This document shows, piece by piece, positions 18,101-27,975 of a stretch of 62,934 bases of DNA (position 1 is its first letter; each line of letters starts with the position of its first letter). The DNA comes from a virus (taxonomy: Duplodnaviria; Caudoviricetes), in the IMG/VR virus record IMGVR_UViG_3300029309_000024, positions 1 to 62,934 of that record. One strand, written 5' to 3'. Position numbers and translations under genes: made by a program. The notes below the pieces were generated by a model. It ran no database searches. It worked only from the letters and a program-made list of their open reading frames with translations, and had not been told where the DNA came from.

Positions 18101-18462
18101 CTAATAATGTAAATACAAATGGAGCAAAATATATTGCTTATTGTTTTAGAGGTATATCAGGGTTTAGTAAGTTTGGAACATATACTGGAGCAACAGCAGG
18201 AGTAACTATAACAACAGGTTTTCAACCAGACTTTGTTATGATTAAATCATCAAGTCATACTGAGCATTGGGCTATACTTGATGCTACAAGAGGTTCACAA
18301 AAAGCTTTATTTCCTAATAGAACTAATGCAGAAAGTAATACCGCATTACACACTATTACTTTTTCATCCACAGGTTTTTCATTCCCTCATCAAGATACTG
18401 CTGATGCAATGTTAAATGAAAATGGATATACATATATATACGCAGCATTCAAAATAAACTAA
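15127..18462 (+). CDS. Tail fibre-like protein, paralog of the upstream gene, with inserted LamG/concanavalin domain
   Basis: Same architecture plus TFSAWV...WYHIA...IYVNG...FNGQIDQVRFYN. Confidence 0.8.
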   Translation: MAQTRLKSGNLHMIGGETGTSGDVLKSKGDGTFEWGAGTTPPSFSSVDYPGDDTALDPAGGQNLVINGSGFLTGINVKVGGTNASSVTVNSTSQITIVAPAKSAGTYALEFTNTDGGNATANSAVSYNGIPAFTHNAGSLGAFKQGASVSVSVVATEPDGGAITHTVTSGSLPSGLSLNATTGAITGTAPDVSASTTSSFTITATDNENQSTSRAYSIQVDPVLPSDDFNVLTYTGNGGTQSITGLSFQPDFVWLKKRNGDAEQHLIHPNVGTGEYYRPSYNSAGRLTSSDKITALNNNGFSLGSDSQVNNNNDTFVAYCWKVNGGTTVSNTDGTTTSTVQVNAEKGISMITYSGAGAARTVGHGLGRVPDFFMMMDRYNGGGWRIWHKDFDNADRYLEMGTGGQVSNGTIWSGNRPTSTVFSLGNIAPPNGSGRAHVCWAFASIDKHSKFSSYIGNNSSAGPIVNLGFKPALLIIRRIDSGDHFYMFDNKRETANPRNVALFMNSSAAESTGNLGTGVDFLSNGFQVTSTDSGINANNGKYIYMAWAADPDVTAPTLADSFNAKAYAGNSGTNTITGVGFKPDLVWLKERSGTDRHVLVDILRGEDSQLSSNSTAAETTYGSNFDGFNADGFTLGSATETNGNGETYISWNWKANDDEPTIEQATETAAAVSVYKFEDNANDVTGNNNGTASNVSYVTGYFNKAADFNGSTSVITTGLNTGNNNMTFSAWVNLDAASSGIYGMVCSGISNYYTYLSVGQNGKVWISNDQQISGDADNGYATEGTTVLQNGQWYHIAGSLSSTKGAKIYVNGVLEKTQPSRTTNAPAISPPAYSAIGAWKASNGNLSGQFNGQIDQVRFYNKVLDDASVFKLYQETTAQNGTADIGTKGVLSNKSIVTANTNAGFSIVKYIGDGISTSKIPHGLGGTPEMIIHKRVDGVSGWVVNHHNLSTGYEIYLQSDNPQTNSMGNDGGMTNGTQNATTLGFTAGASTTNNVNTNGAKYIAYCFRGISGFSKFGTYTGATAGVTITTGFQPDFVMIKSSSHTEHWAILDATRGSQKALFPNRTNAESNTALHTITFSSTGFSFPHQDTADAMLNENGYTYIYAAFKIN

Positions 18463-18466
18463 AACG

Positions 18467-18480
18467 CGTAATATATAAAA
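18467..18480 (+). promoter_or_regulatory. Candidate late promoter (CGTAAT plus AT tract)
   Basis: In the short gap before the packaging/capsid block. Confidence 0.4.
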
Positions 18481-18508
18481 AATACAATTAAATCAAATTC
18501 AATAACTT

Positions 18509-18754
18509 ATGAAATTAAAGAAAAAAGAGCTTAGTGATTTAAAAGCTTTAGTAGAAAAAATGTCTACAAAACAAAACGAAATTGGGTTAAATACTATTAA
18601 TGGTCATAAATTAGCTCATGCGTTTTCACAATTAGAAATAGAATTAAATACTATGAAAACTGGTTTAGAAGAAATATATGGTAAATGCAATATAAATGTT
18701 GAAACCGGTGAGATAGATAAAATTGAATCAAATGAAACTAATAAGAAAGATTAG
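18509..18754 (+). CDS. Hypothetical coiled-coil protein
   Basis: 81 aa, YGKCNINVETGEI C-terminus. Confidence 0.7.
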   Translation: MKLKKKELSDLKALVEKMSTKQNEIGLNTINGHKLAHAFSQLEIELNTMKTGLEEIYGKCNINVETGEIDKIESNETNKKD

Positions 18755-18953
18755 TATAGGAAGAGATTATAAAGATAATGCAATGCACTATCAAATTGGT
18801 CAAGAAGTTTATGGTAACCATGTAATCACAAATATATTAGAAAAAGATACAAATTACGAAATATATATTAAAAAGAATAAAGAAGTATTACTTTGGAAAT
18901 CTTTTAATAAAAACATGGGAATAAGTGTAGAGTATAATTTAGATTATGAATAA
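18732..18953 (+). CDS. Conserved phage hypothetical protein
   Basis: MKLIRKISIGRDYKDNAMHY...WKSFNKNMGISVEY. Confidence 0.7.
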   Translation: MKLIRKISIGRDYKDNAMHYQIGQEVYGNHVITNILEKDTNYEIYIKKNKEVLLWKSFNKNMGISVEYNLDYE

Positions 18954-19530
18954 CCCATACGCTTTAATAATACAACCAAAAGAAAACCGCTATAAAAACA
19001 CCAAAAAAGTATCCAATAAAAACTTAATCCTAAACACGTCAATTAGTGACCATAGGTATGTAAGTAAAGAGGCTATAGTAAAAGCTCTACCAGGAGCGTT
19101 TAAAACGCCTCTACGCGAGTCTGATGAAGTATTAGTACATCACAATATATTTAGAAGGTACTATGATGTAAGAGGAAATGAAAAAAATAGTGGTAATTAT
19201 TTCAAAGAAGATATGTATTTTTGTTACTTAGATCAAGTATACATGTATAAAAGAAATGATAATTGGATAGCAATGCCAGGATATTGTTTTGTAAATCCTA
19301 TACAATCAGAAGATAAATGGGAAAACAAAGAGGAACCATTAAAAGGTGTTGTAGTTTACACGGACGGTACAAAGTTTGTAAAAGAAGGTGAACTAATAGG
19401 TTTTACACCATACTCAGAGTTTGAGTTTATAGTTGATAATAAAAGGCTATATAGAATAAAATTAAATGATATTTCAATAAAGTATGAACACAAAGGAACA
19501 GAAAAACTCTATAATACTAGCTGGCTATAA
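18946..19530 (+). CDS. GroES-like protein (second, enlarged co-chaperonin-like)
   Basis: AIVKALP...DEVLVHH and GVVVY...VKEGELIGF resemble two GroES-type beta-barrels. Confidence 0.5.
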   Translation: MNNPYALIIQPKENRYKNTKKVSNKNLILNTSISDHRYVSKEAIVKALPGAFKTPLRESDEVLVHHNIFRRYYDVRGNEKNSGNYFKEDMYFCYLDQVYMYKRNDNWIAMPGYCFVNPIQSEDKWENKEEPLKGVVVYTDGTKFVKEGELIGFTPYSEFEFIVDNKRLYRIKLNDISIKYEHKGTEKLYNTSWL

Positions 19531-19759
19531 AGCTGTAAAAGAGTTAATCAAAGTCGCTGAAGAAGAAATAATAGTTGAAGACGCAGCAGATGAGCTTGCA
19601 GCAGATAGATTAAAAAATGCAGCGGCTACAAAAAAATTAGCTATCTTTGATGCTTTTGAAATATTAAATAGAATTGAATCTGAAAAAGCAATGCTTGATA
19701 ATAAACCTTTACAAGAAGAAAAAGCTTTTAGCGGATTTGCGGAAAAAAGGTCTAAATAA
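19484..19759 (+). CDS. Hypothetical protein, candidate terminase small subunit
   Basis: Helical 91-aa ORF coupled immediately upstream of terL. Confidence 0.5.
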   Translation: MNTKEQKNSIILAGYKAVKELIKVAEEEIIVEDAADELAADRLKNAAATKKLAIFDAFEILNRIESEKAMLDNKPLQEEKAFSGFAEKRSK

Positions 19760-21972
19760 TGTCATATAAACAAACATTATATAAAATAATTGAACCTATA
19801 AAGCGTACAAAAATATATAGAGTTAATAAAAAAAGAGGCTGGGAATATGGATATAACAAAGAGCATGATGTAGTTGTTATAAGTAAAACAGGTAAGATAG
19901 GTGATATATATGAAATACAAAATCTTAAAATAGCTTTACCTGTTGCAGAAAATGTGTATAGCAAACATAATAAATGGACGCCTGCTGATTATCCTAAAGA
20001 GTTAAATAATATAAAAACAATATTTGATTGGGAAACATATCCAAAAGAATTTAAAAACAGATGGCATGATTACATTGATACGGAGTTTACTAGAAGAGAA
20101 GAAGGTTATTGGTTCCGCAACAAAAATGTTGATACCTATATTACTGGCTCTCATTACAATTACTTGCAGTGGTCCAAGATTGATGTTGGGAAGCCAGACT
20201 TTCGAGAAGCAAACAGACTATTCTTCATATTCTGGGAGGCATGCAAGGCAGATCAAAGATGCTATGGAATTTGCTACCTTAAAAATAGGCGTTCCGGATT
20301 TTCATTCATGTCAAGTGCTGAAACGGTTAATCAAGCCACAATTTCGTCCGACTCTAGATTCGGAATCTTATCGAAGACTGGTGGAGATGCAAAGAAGATG
20401 TTTACCGACAAAGTGGTACCAATATCAACCCACTACCCATTTTTCTTCAAACCAATACAAGATGGAATGGACCGCCCCAAGACAGAGTTGGCCTACCGTG
20501 TCCCCGCATCCAAACTCACAAGAAAGTCCATCACCAGTACAACCAAGTCCTCCGAGGCGCTCGAAGGGCTCGATACAACAATAGACTGGAAGAATACGGG
20601 TGATAACTCTTATGATGGTGAAAAGTTAAGATTACTTGTTCACGATGAATCTGGTAAATGGGAAAGACCAGATAACATATTAAATAACTGGCGTGTAACT
20701 AAAACAACGCTGAGACTAGGAAGTAGGATTATAGGAAAATGTATGATGGGATCTACTTCAAATGCCTTAGATAAAGGTGGAGATAACTTTAAAAAATTAT
20801 ACAATGACTCAGACGTTACAAAAAGAAACCGCAATGGACAGACTAGCAGTGGATTATATAGTTTGTTCATACCTATGGAATGGAACTACGAAGGATTCAT
20901 TGATTCTTATGGATTACCTGTATTCGAAACACCCAGTGCTCCTGTCGAAGGACCCCACGGTGATAAAATCGATGTTGGTATAATAGAACATTGGGAAAAC
21001 GAAGCTGATGGTTTACGTGAAGATCAAGATGGATTAAATGAATTTTATAGACAATTTCCGAGAACAGAAGAACACGCATTCAGAGATGAAACAAAAAACA
21101 GTATATTTAATTTACAAAAAATATACGAACAAATAGATTACAATGACGGAACAATGACATCCGGTGCTGTAACAAAAGGAAACTTCCAATGGGAAAATGG
21201 TATTAAAGATACGCGAGTAATATTTACACCTGATCTTAAAGGAAGATTTAATATATCTTGGGTTCCTAGTATAAATTTACAAAATCACGTAATACTAAAA
21301 AATAATAGGAAACATCCCGGTAATGAACATATAGGAGCATTTGGATGTGACTCTTATGATATATCTGGAACAACAGACGGCAGAGGTTCTAAAGGAGCCT
21401 TACACGGGTTAACTAAATTTAGTATGGAAGATGCACCTGCTAATTCATTCTTTTTAGAATATATAGCTAGACCGCAAACAGCAGAAATGTTTTTTGAAGA
21501 TGTATTGATGGCATTAGTATTTTATGGAATGCCAATACTTGCGGAAAACAATAAACCAAGATTGTTGTATTATTTAAAAAGAAGAGGCTATAGAGGTTAC
21601 TCTATGAATAGACCAGATAAAACAATTAATAAATTATCAACGGCTGAAAAAGAAATAGGTGGTATACCTAACTCATCTGAAGATATGAAACAAATCCACG
21701 CTGCAGCTATAGAATCATATATAGATAAACATGTAGGATTACAAGAAGATGGTGATTATGGTAGTATGTATTTTAATGCAACGTTAAACGATTGGTCTAA
21801 ATTTAATATAAATAATAGAACAAAACATGATGCCGCAATAAGTTCTGGTCTTGCAATAATGGCATGTAACAGACATTTGTATCAGCCAAAACAATTAAAA
21901 CAAACAAAAGTTTTAGATTTTGGTTTTAAAAAATATAATAATAAAGGAAGTATTTCAAAAATAATAAAATAA
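19759..21972 (+). CDS. terL: Terminase large subunit
   Basis: Walker A-like KNRRSGFS, Walker B LLVHDESGK, nuclease FGCDSYD and HDAAIS. Confidence 0.9.
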   Translation: MSYKQTLYKIIEPIKRTKIYRVNKKRGWEYGYNKEHDVVVISKTGKIGDIYEIQNLKIALPVAENVYSKHNKWTPADYPKELNNIKTIFDWETYPKEFKNRWHDYIDTEFTRREEGYWFRNKNVDTYITGSHYNYLQWSKIDVGKPDFREANRLFFIFWEACKADQRCYGICYLKNRRSGFSFMSSAETVNQATISSDSRFGILSKTGGDAKKMFTDKVVPISTHYPFFFKPIQDGMDRPKTELAYRVPASKLTRKSITSTTKSSEALEGLDTTIDWKNTGDNSYDGEKLRLLVHDESGKWERPDNILNNWRVTKTTLRLGSRIIGKCMMGSTSNALDKGGDNFKKLYNDSDVTKRNRNGQTSSGLYSLFIPMEWNYEGFIDSYGLPVFETPSAPVEGPHGDKIDVGIIEHWENEADGLREDQDGLNEFYRQFPRTEEHAFRDETKNSIFNLQKIYEQIDYNDGTMTSGAVTKGNFQWENGIKDTRVIFTPDLKGRFNISWVPSINLQNHVILKNNRKHPGNEHIGAFGCDSYDISGTTDGRGSKGALHGLTKFSMEDAPANSFFLEYIARPQTAEMFFEDVLMALVFYGMPILAENNKPRLLYYLKRRGYRGYSMNRPDKTINKLSTAEKEIGGIPNSSEDMKQIHAAAIESYIDKHVGLQEDGDYGSMYFNATLNDWSKFNINNRTKHDAAISSGLAIMACNRHLYQPKQLKQTKVLDFGFKKYNNKGSISKIIK

Positions 21973-24390
21973 ATGAATATATTACCAAGGGGCGTATTCC
22001 CAAGCCAAGCAGTATCAAGTGCTGAAAAAGCAAGTGAAAAATATGGTTTAGAGATTGCAAGAGCGGTTGAATCAGAATGGTTTAAAAGAGATTCTGGTAC
22101 AGCCAGGTACTACGCTAATAGAGACAACTTTCACCGTTTAAGATTGTATGCTAGAGGTGAACAATCAATACAAAAATATAAAGATGAATTATCTGTTAAT
22201 GGTGATTTATCATATTTAAATTTAGATTGGAAGCCAGTACCTATAATACCAAAGTTTGTTGATATTGTAGTTAATGGTATTGCTGAAAGAACATATGATA
22301 TAAAAGCATATTCACAAGACCCCTCTTCTGTGCAAAAAAGAACTGATTATGTTAATAATCTTATTGAAGATATGATTGCTAGAGATTATAAAGACTCAGT
22401 TAAAAATAATACTGGTATAAATTTATTTAAAACAAATAGAGATACTTTACCTGAAACACAAGAAGATTTACAATTGCATATGCAATTAGATTATAAAGAT
22501 TCAATTGAAATTGCAGAAGAAGAAGCTATAAACAATGTATTTGATCATAATAAATATGAATTAATAAAAAAGAGATTAGATTATGATATAGCTGTTGTGG
22601 GTATGGGCGCGGTTAAAAATGAATATACAACTTCAGAAGGCATAAATATTAAATATGTTGATCCAGCTGATTTAGTTTATTCTTATACTGAATCCCCTCA
22701 TTTTGATGATATATATTATGTAGGTGAAATAAGAAGAGTTTCAGTTGTTGATCTTAAAAAACAATATCCGCATTTAACAGATGATGATGTAAGAAGAGAT
22801 GTTGAAGGTCAAGGAACTAATGCTAAATTGTATAATAAATCATATGCGGGTGGGGATGCCGAAGATGATGCTTACGCACATGTATTATATTTTGAATACA
22901 AAACGTATAGAGATGAAGTCCATAAAATAAAACAAACTTCAACTGGAGCTGCTAAAGCAATTAAAAAAGATGATACTTTTAATCCTCCTAAAGACTCTAG
23001 ATCAAGATTTGAAAAAAGTGCTAGGACTATAGAAGTTATATATGAGGGTGCAAAAATAATAGGTACTAATAAATTATTAAAATGGCAATTAGCTGAAAAC
23101 ATGACAAGGCCAAAGTCAAATACAGTAAAAGCGCAGTTTAGTTATAATATAGTAGCACCTAGAATGTATAAAGGAAGAGTTGAATCACTTGTAAGTAGAA
23201 TGACAACATTTGCTGATATGATTCAATTAACACATTTAAAACTACAGCAAGTATTATCAAGAATGGTTCCAGATGGTGTTTATTTAGATGCTGATGGTAT
23301 TGCTGAAATAGATTTAGGTAATGGAACAAACTATAATGCGCAAGAAGCATTAAATATGTATTTCCAAACCGGTTCTGTTATTGGAAGATCAATGACACAA
23401 GATGGAGAGTTTAATAACGGTAGAGTTCCTGTGCAAGAATTACAATCATCTGCGTCTAATGCTAAAATATCAAGCTTAATAACATCTTATAATTATTATT
23501 TACAAAACATGAGAGATGTAACAGGTTTAAATGAGGCAAGAGATGGATCTACACCAGATAAGAATGCTTTAGTAGGTTTACAAAAAATTGCTGCTGCAAA
23601 TTCAAATACAGCAACAAGACATATATTACAAGGTGGATTATATCTTACATTAAAAACAGCAGAAGCAATATCTCTTAGAATATCAGATGTATTAGAATAT
23701 AGTCCAACTAAAGAATCTTTTATACAAGCAATAGGTAAAGCAAATGTATCTGCTTTAAAAGAAATGGATAAATTACAACTTCATGATTTTGGTATATTTT
23801 TAGAATTAGCACCTGATGAAGAAGAAAAACAATTACTTGAAAATAATATACAAGTATCTCTTCAAAAAGAACAAATTAATTTAGAAGATGCAATTGATAT
23901 AAGAGATATTAAAAATTTAAAACTTGCTAATCAATTATTAAAACTAAGAAGAAGAAAAAAATTCGAACAAGATAGAGCCTTGCAGCAAGAAAATATTCAA
24001 TTACAAAGTCAATCTAATGCACAAGCTGCACAGGTAGCCGCACAAGCAGATGCTCAAAAGCAACAAGCTATAACTGCAAGTAAATCACAATTAGCGCAAG
24101 TACAAGCACAGCTTGATACACAAAAATTAGAAAAAGAAGCTGAAATAAAAATGATGTTAATGCAAAAAGAATTTGAAATGAATATGCAGCTTAAAGACGC
24201 TGATTTAAATGTAATTAAAGATAAAGAGAAGTTTAAAGAAGATAGAAAAGATAAAAGAACTAAAATACAGGCTTCTCAACAATCTGAATTAATAGATCAA
24301 AGAAAAAATAATAAACCACCAAAAAACTTTGAATCCGCTGGATTTGATAGTTTAGGAGGATTTGGCTTAGAGCAGTTTGAGCCTAGATAA
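21973..24390 (+). CDS. Portal protein
   Basis: 805 aa directly after terL; PVPIIPKFVDIVV, DVTGLNEARDG, Q-rich coiled C-terminus. Confidence 0.85.
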   Translation: MNILPRGVFPSQAVSSAEKASEKYGLEIARAVESEWFKRDSGTARYYANRDNFHRLRLYARGEQSIQKYKDELSVNGDLSYLNLDWKPVPIIPKFVDIVVNGIAERTYDIKAYSQDPSSVQKRTDYVNNLIEDMIARDYKDSVKNNTGINLFKTNRDTLPETQEDLQLHMQLDYKDSIEIAEEEAINNVFDHNKYELIKKRLDYDIAVVGMGAVKNEYTTSEGINIKYVDPADLVYSYTESPHFDDIYYVGEIRRVSVVDLKKQYPHLTDDDVRRDVEGQGTNAKLYNKSYAGGDAEDDAYAHVLYFEYKTYRDEVHKIKQTSTGAAKAIKKDDTFNPPKDSRSRFEKSARTIEVIYEGAKIIGTNKLLKWQLAENMTRPKSNTVKAQFSYNIVAPRMYKGRVESLVSRMTTFADMIQLTHLKLQQVLSRMVPDGVYLDADGIAEIDLGNGTNYNAQEALNMYFQTGSVIGRSMTQDGEFNNGRVPVQELQSSASNAKISSLITSYNYYLQNMRDVTGLNEARDGSTPDKNALVGLQKIAAANSNTATRHILQGGLYLTLKTAEAISLRISDVLEYSPTKESFIQAIGKANVSALKEMDKLQLHDFGIFLELAPDEEEKQLLENNIQVSLQKEQINLEDAIDIRDIKNLKLANQLLKLRRRKKFEQDRALQQENIQLQSQSNAQAAQVAAQADAQKQQAITASKSQLAQVQAQLDTQKLEKEAEIKMMLMQKEFEMNMQLKDADLNVIKDKEKFKEDRKDKRTKIQASQQSELIDQRKNNKPPKNFESAGFDSLGGFGLEQFEPR

Positions 24391-24422
24391 ATAACTGCAA
24401 AACATTTTTATAATATTTTATC

Positions 24423-25658
24423 ATGGAAGAAAATAAAGACGTCATAGTTGACGAAACACCAACTGCTGCAGAAAAGGAAGAAAAAGTACTTGAAGCAGCG
24501 GGAAAAAACACGGGTAAATCCGAAGATGGGGTTTACAAAGTGGATTTAAGTAAACCACCTAAAACAGAAACAGATGCCGTTCAAGAGCAAAGCACAGATG
24601 AGATTCCTGTACGCGACGGATCCGAAACTAGCGAAGAGGTTCAAGAAAAAAACCAAGAGGAGCCTAAAGAGCCTGCCGGAAAAGGCGAAAAGGAAGAAGA
24701 AAAAGAAGAGGTAATATTAGAAGAAATTACTGAAGATTCTTCATCTGATGAAAAAAATACAACTGTACAAGAAGAGGCACAAGAGCTACAAGAAAAAGTA
24801 GAAGAAGCTGTGCAAACTTCGCAAGATACAGGAATACAATTACCAGAAAACATTCAAAAAGTAGTAGACTTTATTAATGAAACTGGTGGAACGTTAGAAG
24901 ATTATGTAAAAGTTAATCAAGATTATTCTAACATAGATGATTCAACTCTTTTATATCAATACTATAATCAAACAAAATCGCATCTTACAAAAGATGAAAT
25001 TGATTTTTTAATTGAAGATAATTTTAATTTTGATGAAGAAGTTGATGAGCCAAGAGATATTAAGCGTAAAAAACTCGCTTATAAAGAAGAAATTGCAAAA
25101 GCTAAAAGCTATTTGGAAGGATTAAAGGACAAATATTACGAAGAAGTCAAGTTGGGTTCTAAGTTAACTGACGATCAACAAAAAGCAATTGAGTTTTTCA
25201 ATACTTACAACTCTGAACAATCAGAACAGCAAAAGCTGCAAGAGAAGCAGACTGAGCATTTTAATAATGAATCTAAAAAAATATTTACCGAAGAATTTAA
25301 AGGTTTTGAATTCAAAGTAGGTGATAAAAAGTACAGATACAATGTTAAAGATGTTAAGGAAGTTCAAGATAGACAAGCAAACATATTAAACGTATTAGAT
25401 AAATATATTAGTAAAGATAATATGTTACAAGATGCTAAAGGTTATCATAAAGCTCTTTTCGTTGCAGATAATGCAGACGCAATTGCAAATCATTTTTACG
25501 AGCAAGGTAAAGCTGATGCTATAAAACAGTTAGATGCTGAATCCAAAAATATAAATATGGATCCACGTAAAACTGGCACAGTTGAAGCCGGAGGAATAAA
25601 AATAAGAGCAATTTCTGGTGATGATAGTTCAAAGTTAAAAATTAAACTTAGACAATAA
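24423..25658 (+). CDS. Capsid scaffolding-like protein
   Basis: Very acidic N-terminus, HFYEQGKADA motif, lies between portal and capsid genes. Confidence 0.7.
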   Translation: MEENKDVIVDETPTAAEKEEKVLEAAGKNTGKSEDGVYKVDLSKPPKTETDAVQEQSTDEIPVRDGSETSEEVQEKNQEEPKEPAGKGEKEEEKEEVILEEITEDSSSDEKNTTVQEEAQELQEKVEEAVQTSQDTGIQLPENIQKVVDFINETGGTLEDYVKVNQDYSNIDDSTLLYQYYNQTKSHLTKDEIDFLIEDNFNFDEEVDEPRDIKRKKLAYKEEIAKAKSYLEGLKDKYYEEVKLGSKLTDDQQKAIEFFNTYNSEQSEQQKLQEKQTEHFNNESKKIFTEEFKGFEFKVGDKKYRYNVKDVKEVQDRQANILNVLDKYISKDNMLQDAKGYHKALFVADNADAIANHFYEQGKADAIKQLDAESKNINMDPRKTGTVEAGGIKIRAISGDDSSKLKIKLRQ

Positions 25659-25678
25659 CTTTAAAAAAATAAATAAAA

Positions 25679-27094
25679 ATGGCAGTAATAACTCCAAGTC
25701 CGGGGAATAACTTGAACGCAGTTCCAGCTCCGGTCAAACAAACATTAGCGACAAATTACTTATCTTTTACAGGTGGTAATAACGATTGGTCGCAGCAATA
25801 CTTACCAGATTTATACGAAGCAGAAGTTGAAAGATATGGAGACAGATCTATCGCTAGCTTCTTAAGAATGGTAGGTGCAGAAATGCCTATGACTTCTGAT
25901 CAAATTATTTGGTCTGAGCAAGGTAGATTACACCTGAAATATACAGGTAAACTTACTATCGCAACAGGTGCAGTTGCAGAAATTGATGGTAACGCTAATA
26001 ATACTCACGCGATAAGAGTAGGTCAAACAGTAAAAATAAAAGGTAGAACATCTGGTAAGATTGACAACGCTTACGTATCAGCAGTTGCTGCAGATAATAA
26101 ATCCTTAACACTTAAAAGATATGGTGCGGCAGCATTTGACACATCAGGTAATACTTTTACAAACAATGAAATATGTGATATATTTGTTATCGGTTCTGAG
26201 TTTGCAAAAGCTACTACAGGTATGGTTGGTGCAGTAACCCCATCTTTCAAGTCGTTTACAAACAAGCCAATCATCTTAAAAGATAAGTATGAGATTTCAG
26301 GATCTGATGCTTCACAAGTAGGTTGGGTTGAAATTACAGGTGAAGATGGACAATCAGGTTACTTATGGTACTTAAAGGCAGCAGGTGATACAAGAACTAG
26401 ATTCGAAGATTACTTAGAAATGTCAATGGTAGAAGGTGAATTAGCAGTTGCAAACTCAGGCGCAGCTAGTATAACTGGAATAGGTGGTACTGAAGGTTTA
26501 TTTGCAGCTATAGAAGATAGAGGTCACGTAACTGCAGGTGTTGATGGTAACTCAGCAGCTGAAGATTTAGATGACTTTGATGAAATTCTTAAGAAACTAG
26601 ATACTCAAGGAGCAATTGAAGAAAATATGTTATTTGTAAACAGAACGCTTGCATTAAACATTGACGACATGCTAGCAGCTCAAAACTCTCATGGTTCGGG
26701 TGGTACATCATTTGGTGTATTCTCAAACAGCGAGGACATGGCGCTTAACTTAGGTTTCTCTGGTTTTAGAAGAGGTTCTTATGACTTCTATAAGACTGAC
26801 TGGAAATACTTAAACGATATTACAACAGGTGGTTCATTCACTAACATTAGAGGTGTATTAGTACCTGCTGGAACATCAACAGTCTACGATCAAACATTAG
26901 GTAAGAACATCAAAAGACCATTCCTTCACGTCAGATATAGAGCTTCAGAAGCTGATGACAGAAGAATGAAATCTTGGACTACAGGTTCTGTAGGTGGTGC
27001 GACTACATCTGATTTAGACGCAATGGAGGTACACTATTTATCTGAAAGATGTTTAGTAGTACAAGGTGCTAATAACTTTATGTTATTAAACTAA
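25679..27094 (+). CDS. Major capsid protein
   Basis: 471 aa, WSEQGRLH and GTEGLFAAI motifs, strong codon bias, followed by a terminator. Confidence 0.85.
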   Translation: MAVITPSPGNNLNAVPAPVKQTLATNYLSFTGGNNDWSQQYLPDLYEAEVERYGDRSIASFLRMVGAEMPMTSDQIIWSEQGRLHLKYTGKLTIATGAVAEIDGNANNTHAIRVGQTVKIKGRTSGKIDNAYVSAVAADNKSLTLKRYGAAAFDTSGNTFTNNEICDIFVIGSEFAKATTGMVGAVTPSFKSFTNKPIILKDKYEISGSDASQVGWVEITGEDGQSGYLWYLKAAGDTRTRFEDYLEMSMVEGELAVANSGAASITGIGGTEGLFAAIEDRGHVTAGVDGNSAAEDLDDFDEILKKLDTQGAIEENMLFVNRTLALNIDDMLAAQNSHGSGGTSFGVFSNSEDMALNLGFSGFRRGSYDFYKTDWKYLNDITTGGSFTNIRGVLVPAGTSTVYDQTLGKNIKRPFLHVRYRASEADDRRMKSWTTGSVGGATTSDLDAMEVHYLSERCLVVQGANNFMLLN

Positions 27095-27109
27095 TCCTTA
27101 TTTAATATG

Positions 27110-27149
27110 AGAATTACCCCGGTTTAGGCCGGGGATTCTTGTATTTTTA
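27110..27149 (+). terminator. Rho-independent terminator after the capsid gene
   Basis: CCCCGG-TTTAGG-CCGGGG stem followed by a T-rich tail. Confidence 0.8.
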
Positions 27150-27169
27150 TTATTTAATCTTATTATATT

Positions 27170-27916
27170 ATGGCAACAAAAACAAAAACAGCCCCTAAAT
27201 GGGAGATAAGAGATAGACAATATTATCTCATAAACGGTAAATCACCGCTTACATATACAATTAAAAGTAAAAATATATTTTGGTTCGACAAAGAAAAAGG
27301 ATTTGAAAGAGAATTAAAATATACAATAAACCAAAAAACTTGTTTCGTTGATGAATTTAAAGGCGACGCAAGACTTGGTCATATAGTTTTTGAAGACGGT
27401 GTATTAATTGTACCGAAAGAAAAACAAAATCTGCAAAAATTAATGACACTATATCACCCAGATAATGGGAAAATATTTGCTGAATTTGATGCAGAACAAG
27501 AAGCAGAAGATGATTTAGATATATTAGAATTAGAAATTGAGGCTTTAACAGTTGCAAAATCAATGGATATTGATCAAGCAGAGGCTGTTATAAGGTCTGA
27601 AGCTGGATCTGAGGTATCTAAGATGACTTCTAAGGAGATTAAAAGAGATTTATTATTATTCGCTAGGAATAATCCTAAACTGTTCTTAGAATTAGCTAAT
27701 GACGATGATATAAATATTAGGAATATGGCTATTAAAGCATCAGAACTTGGAATATTAAGATTATCTGATGATCAAAGAACATTTAAATGGGTAAAAACAG
27801 ATAAAAAAATTATGACTGTTCCATTTGACGAGCATCCTTACTCCGCTTTTACAGCTTTCTTAAAAACAGATGAAGGCTTAGAAGTTTACAAATCAATTGA
27901 AAAAAGACTAAAATAA
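27170..27916 (+). CDS. Conserved structural-module protein
   Basis: 248-aa ORF between capsid and tail genes. Confidence 0.75.
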   Translation: MATKTKTAPKWEIRDRQYYLINGKSPLTYTIKSKNIFWFDKEKGFERELKYTINQKTCFVDEFKGDARLGHIVFEDGVLIVPKEKQNLQKLMTLYHPDNGKIFAEFDAEQEAEDDLDILELEIEALTVAKSMDIDQAEAVIRSEAGSEVSKMTSKEIKRDLLLFARNNPKLFLELANDDDINIRNMAIKASELGILRLSDDQRTFKWVKTDKKIMTVPFDEHPYSAFTAFLKTDEGLEVYKSIEKRLK

Positions 27917-27922
27917 AGTCTC

Positions 27923-27963
27923 ATTATAGTGATAGCCACTGTAATGGTGGCTTTCATTATAAT
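27923..27963 (+). terminator. Long intergenic hairpin (terminator or RNA processing site)
   Basis: ATTATAGTGATAGCCACT-GTAAT-GGTGGCTTTCATTATAAT. Confidence 0.55.
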
Positions 27964-27975
27964 AAATAAAAAAAT

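Noticed and set aside
12402-18462. Diversity-generating retroelement or invertible tail-fibre locus
   Set aside because: No reverse transcriptase, no invertase and no near-identical TR/VR pair was seen.
20024-20584. 186-aa alternative-frame ORF inside terL (possible overprinted gene)
   Set aside because: It coincides with a locally GC-richer, conserved ATPase segment with few stop codons and shows no recognisable motif.
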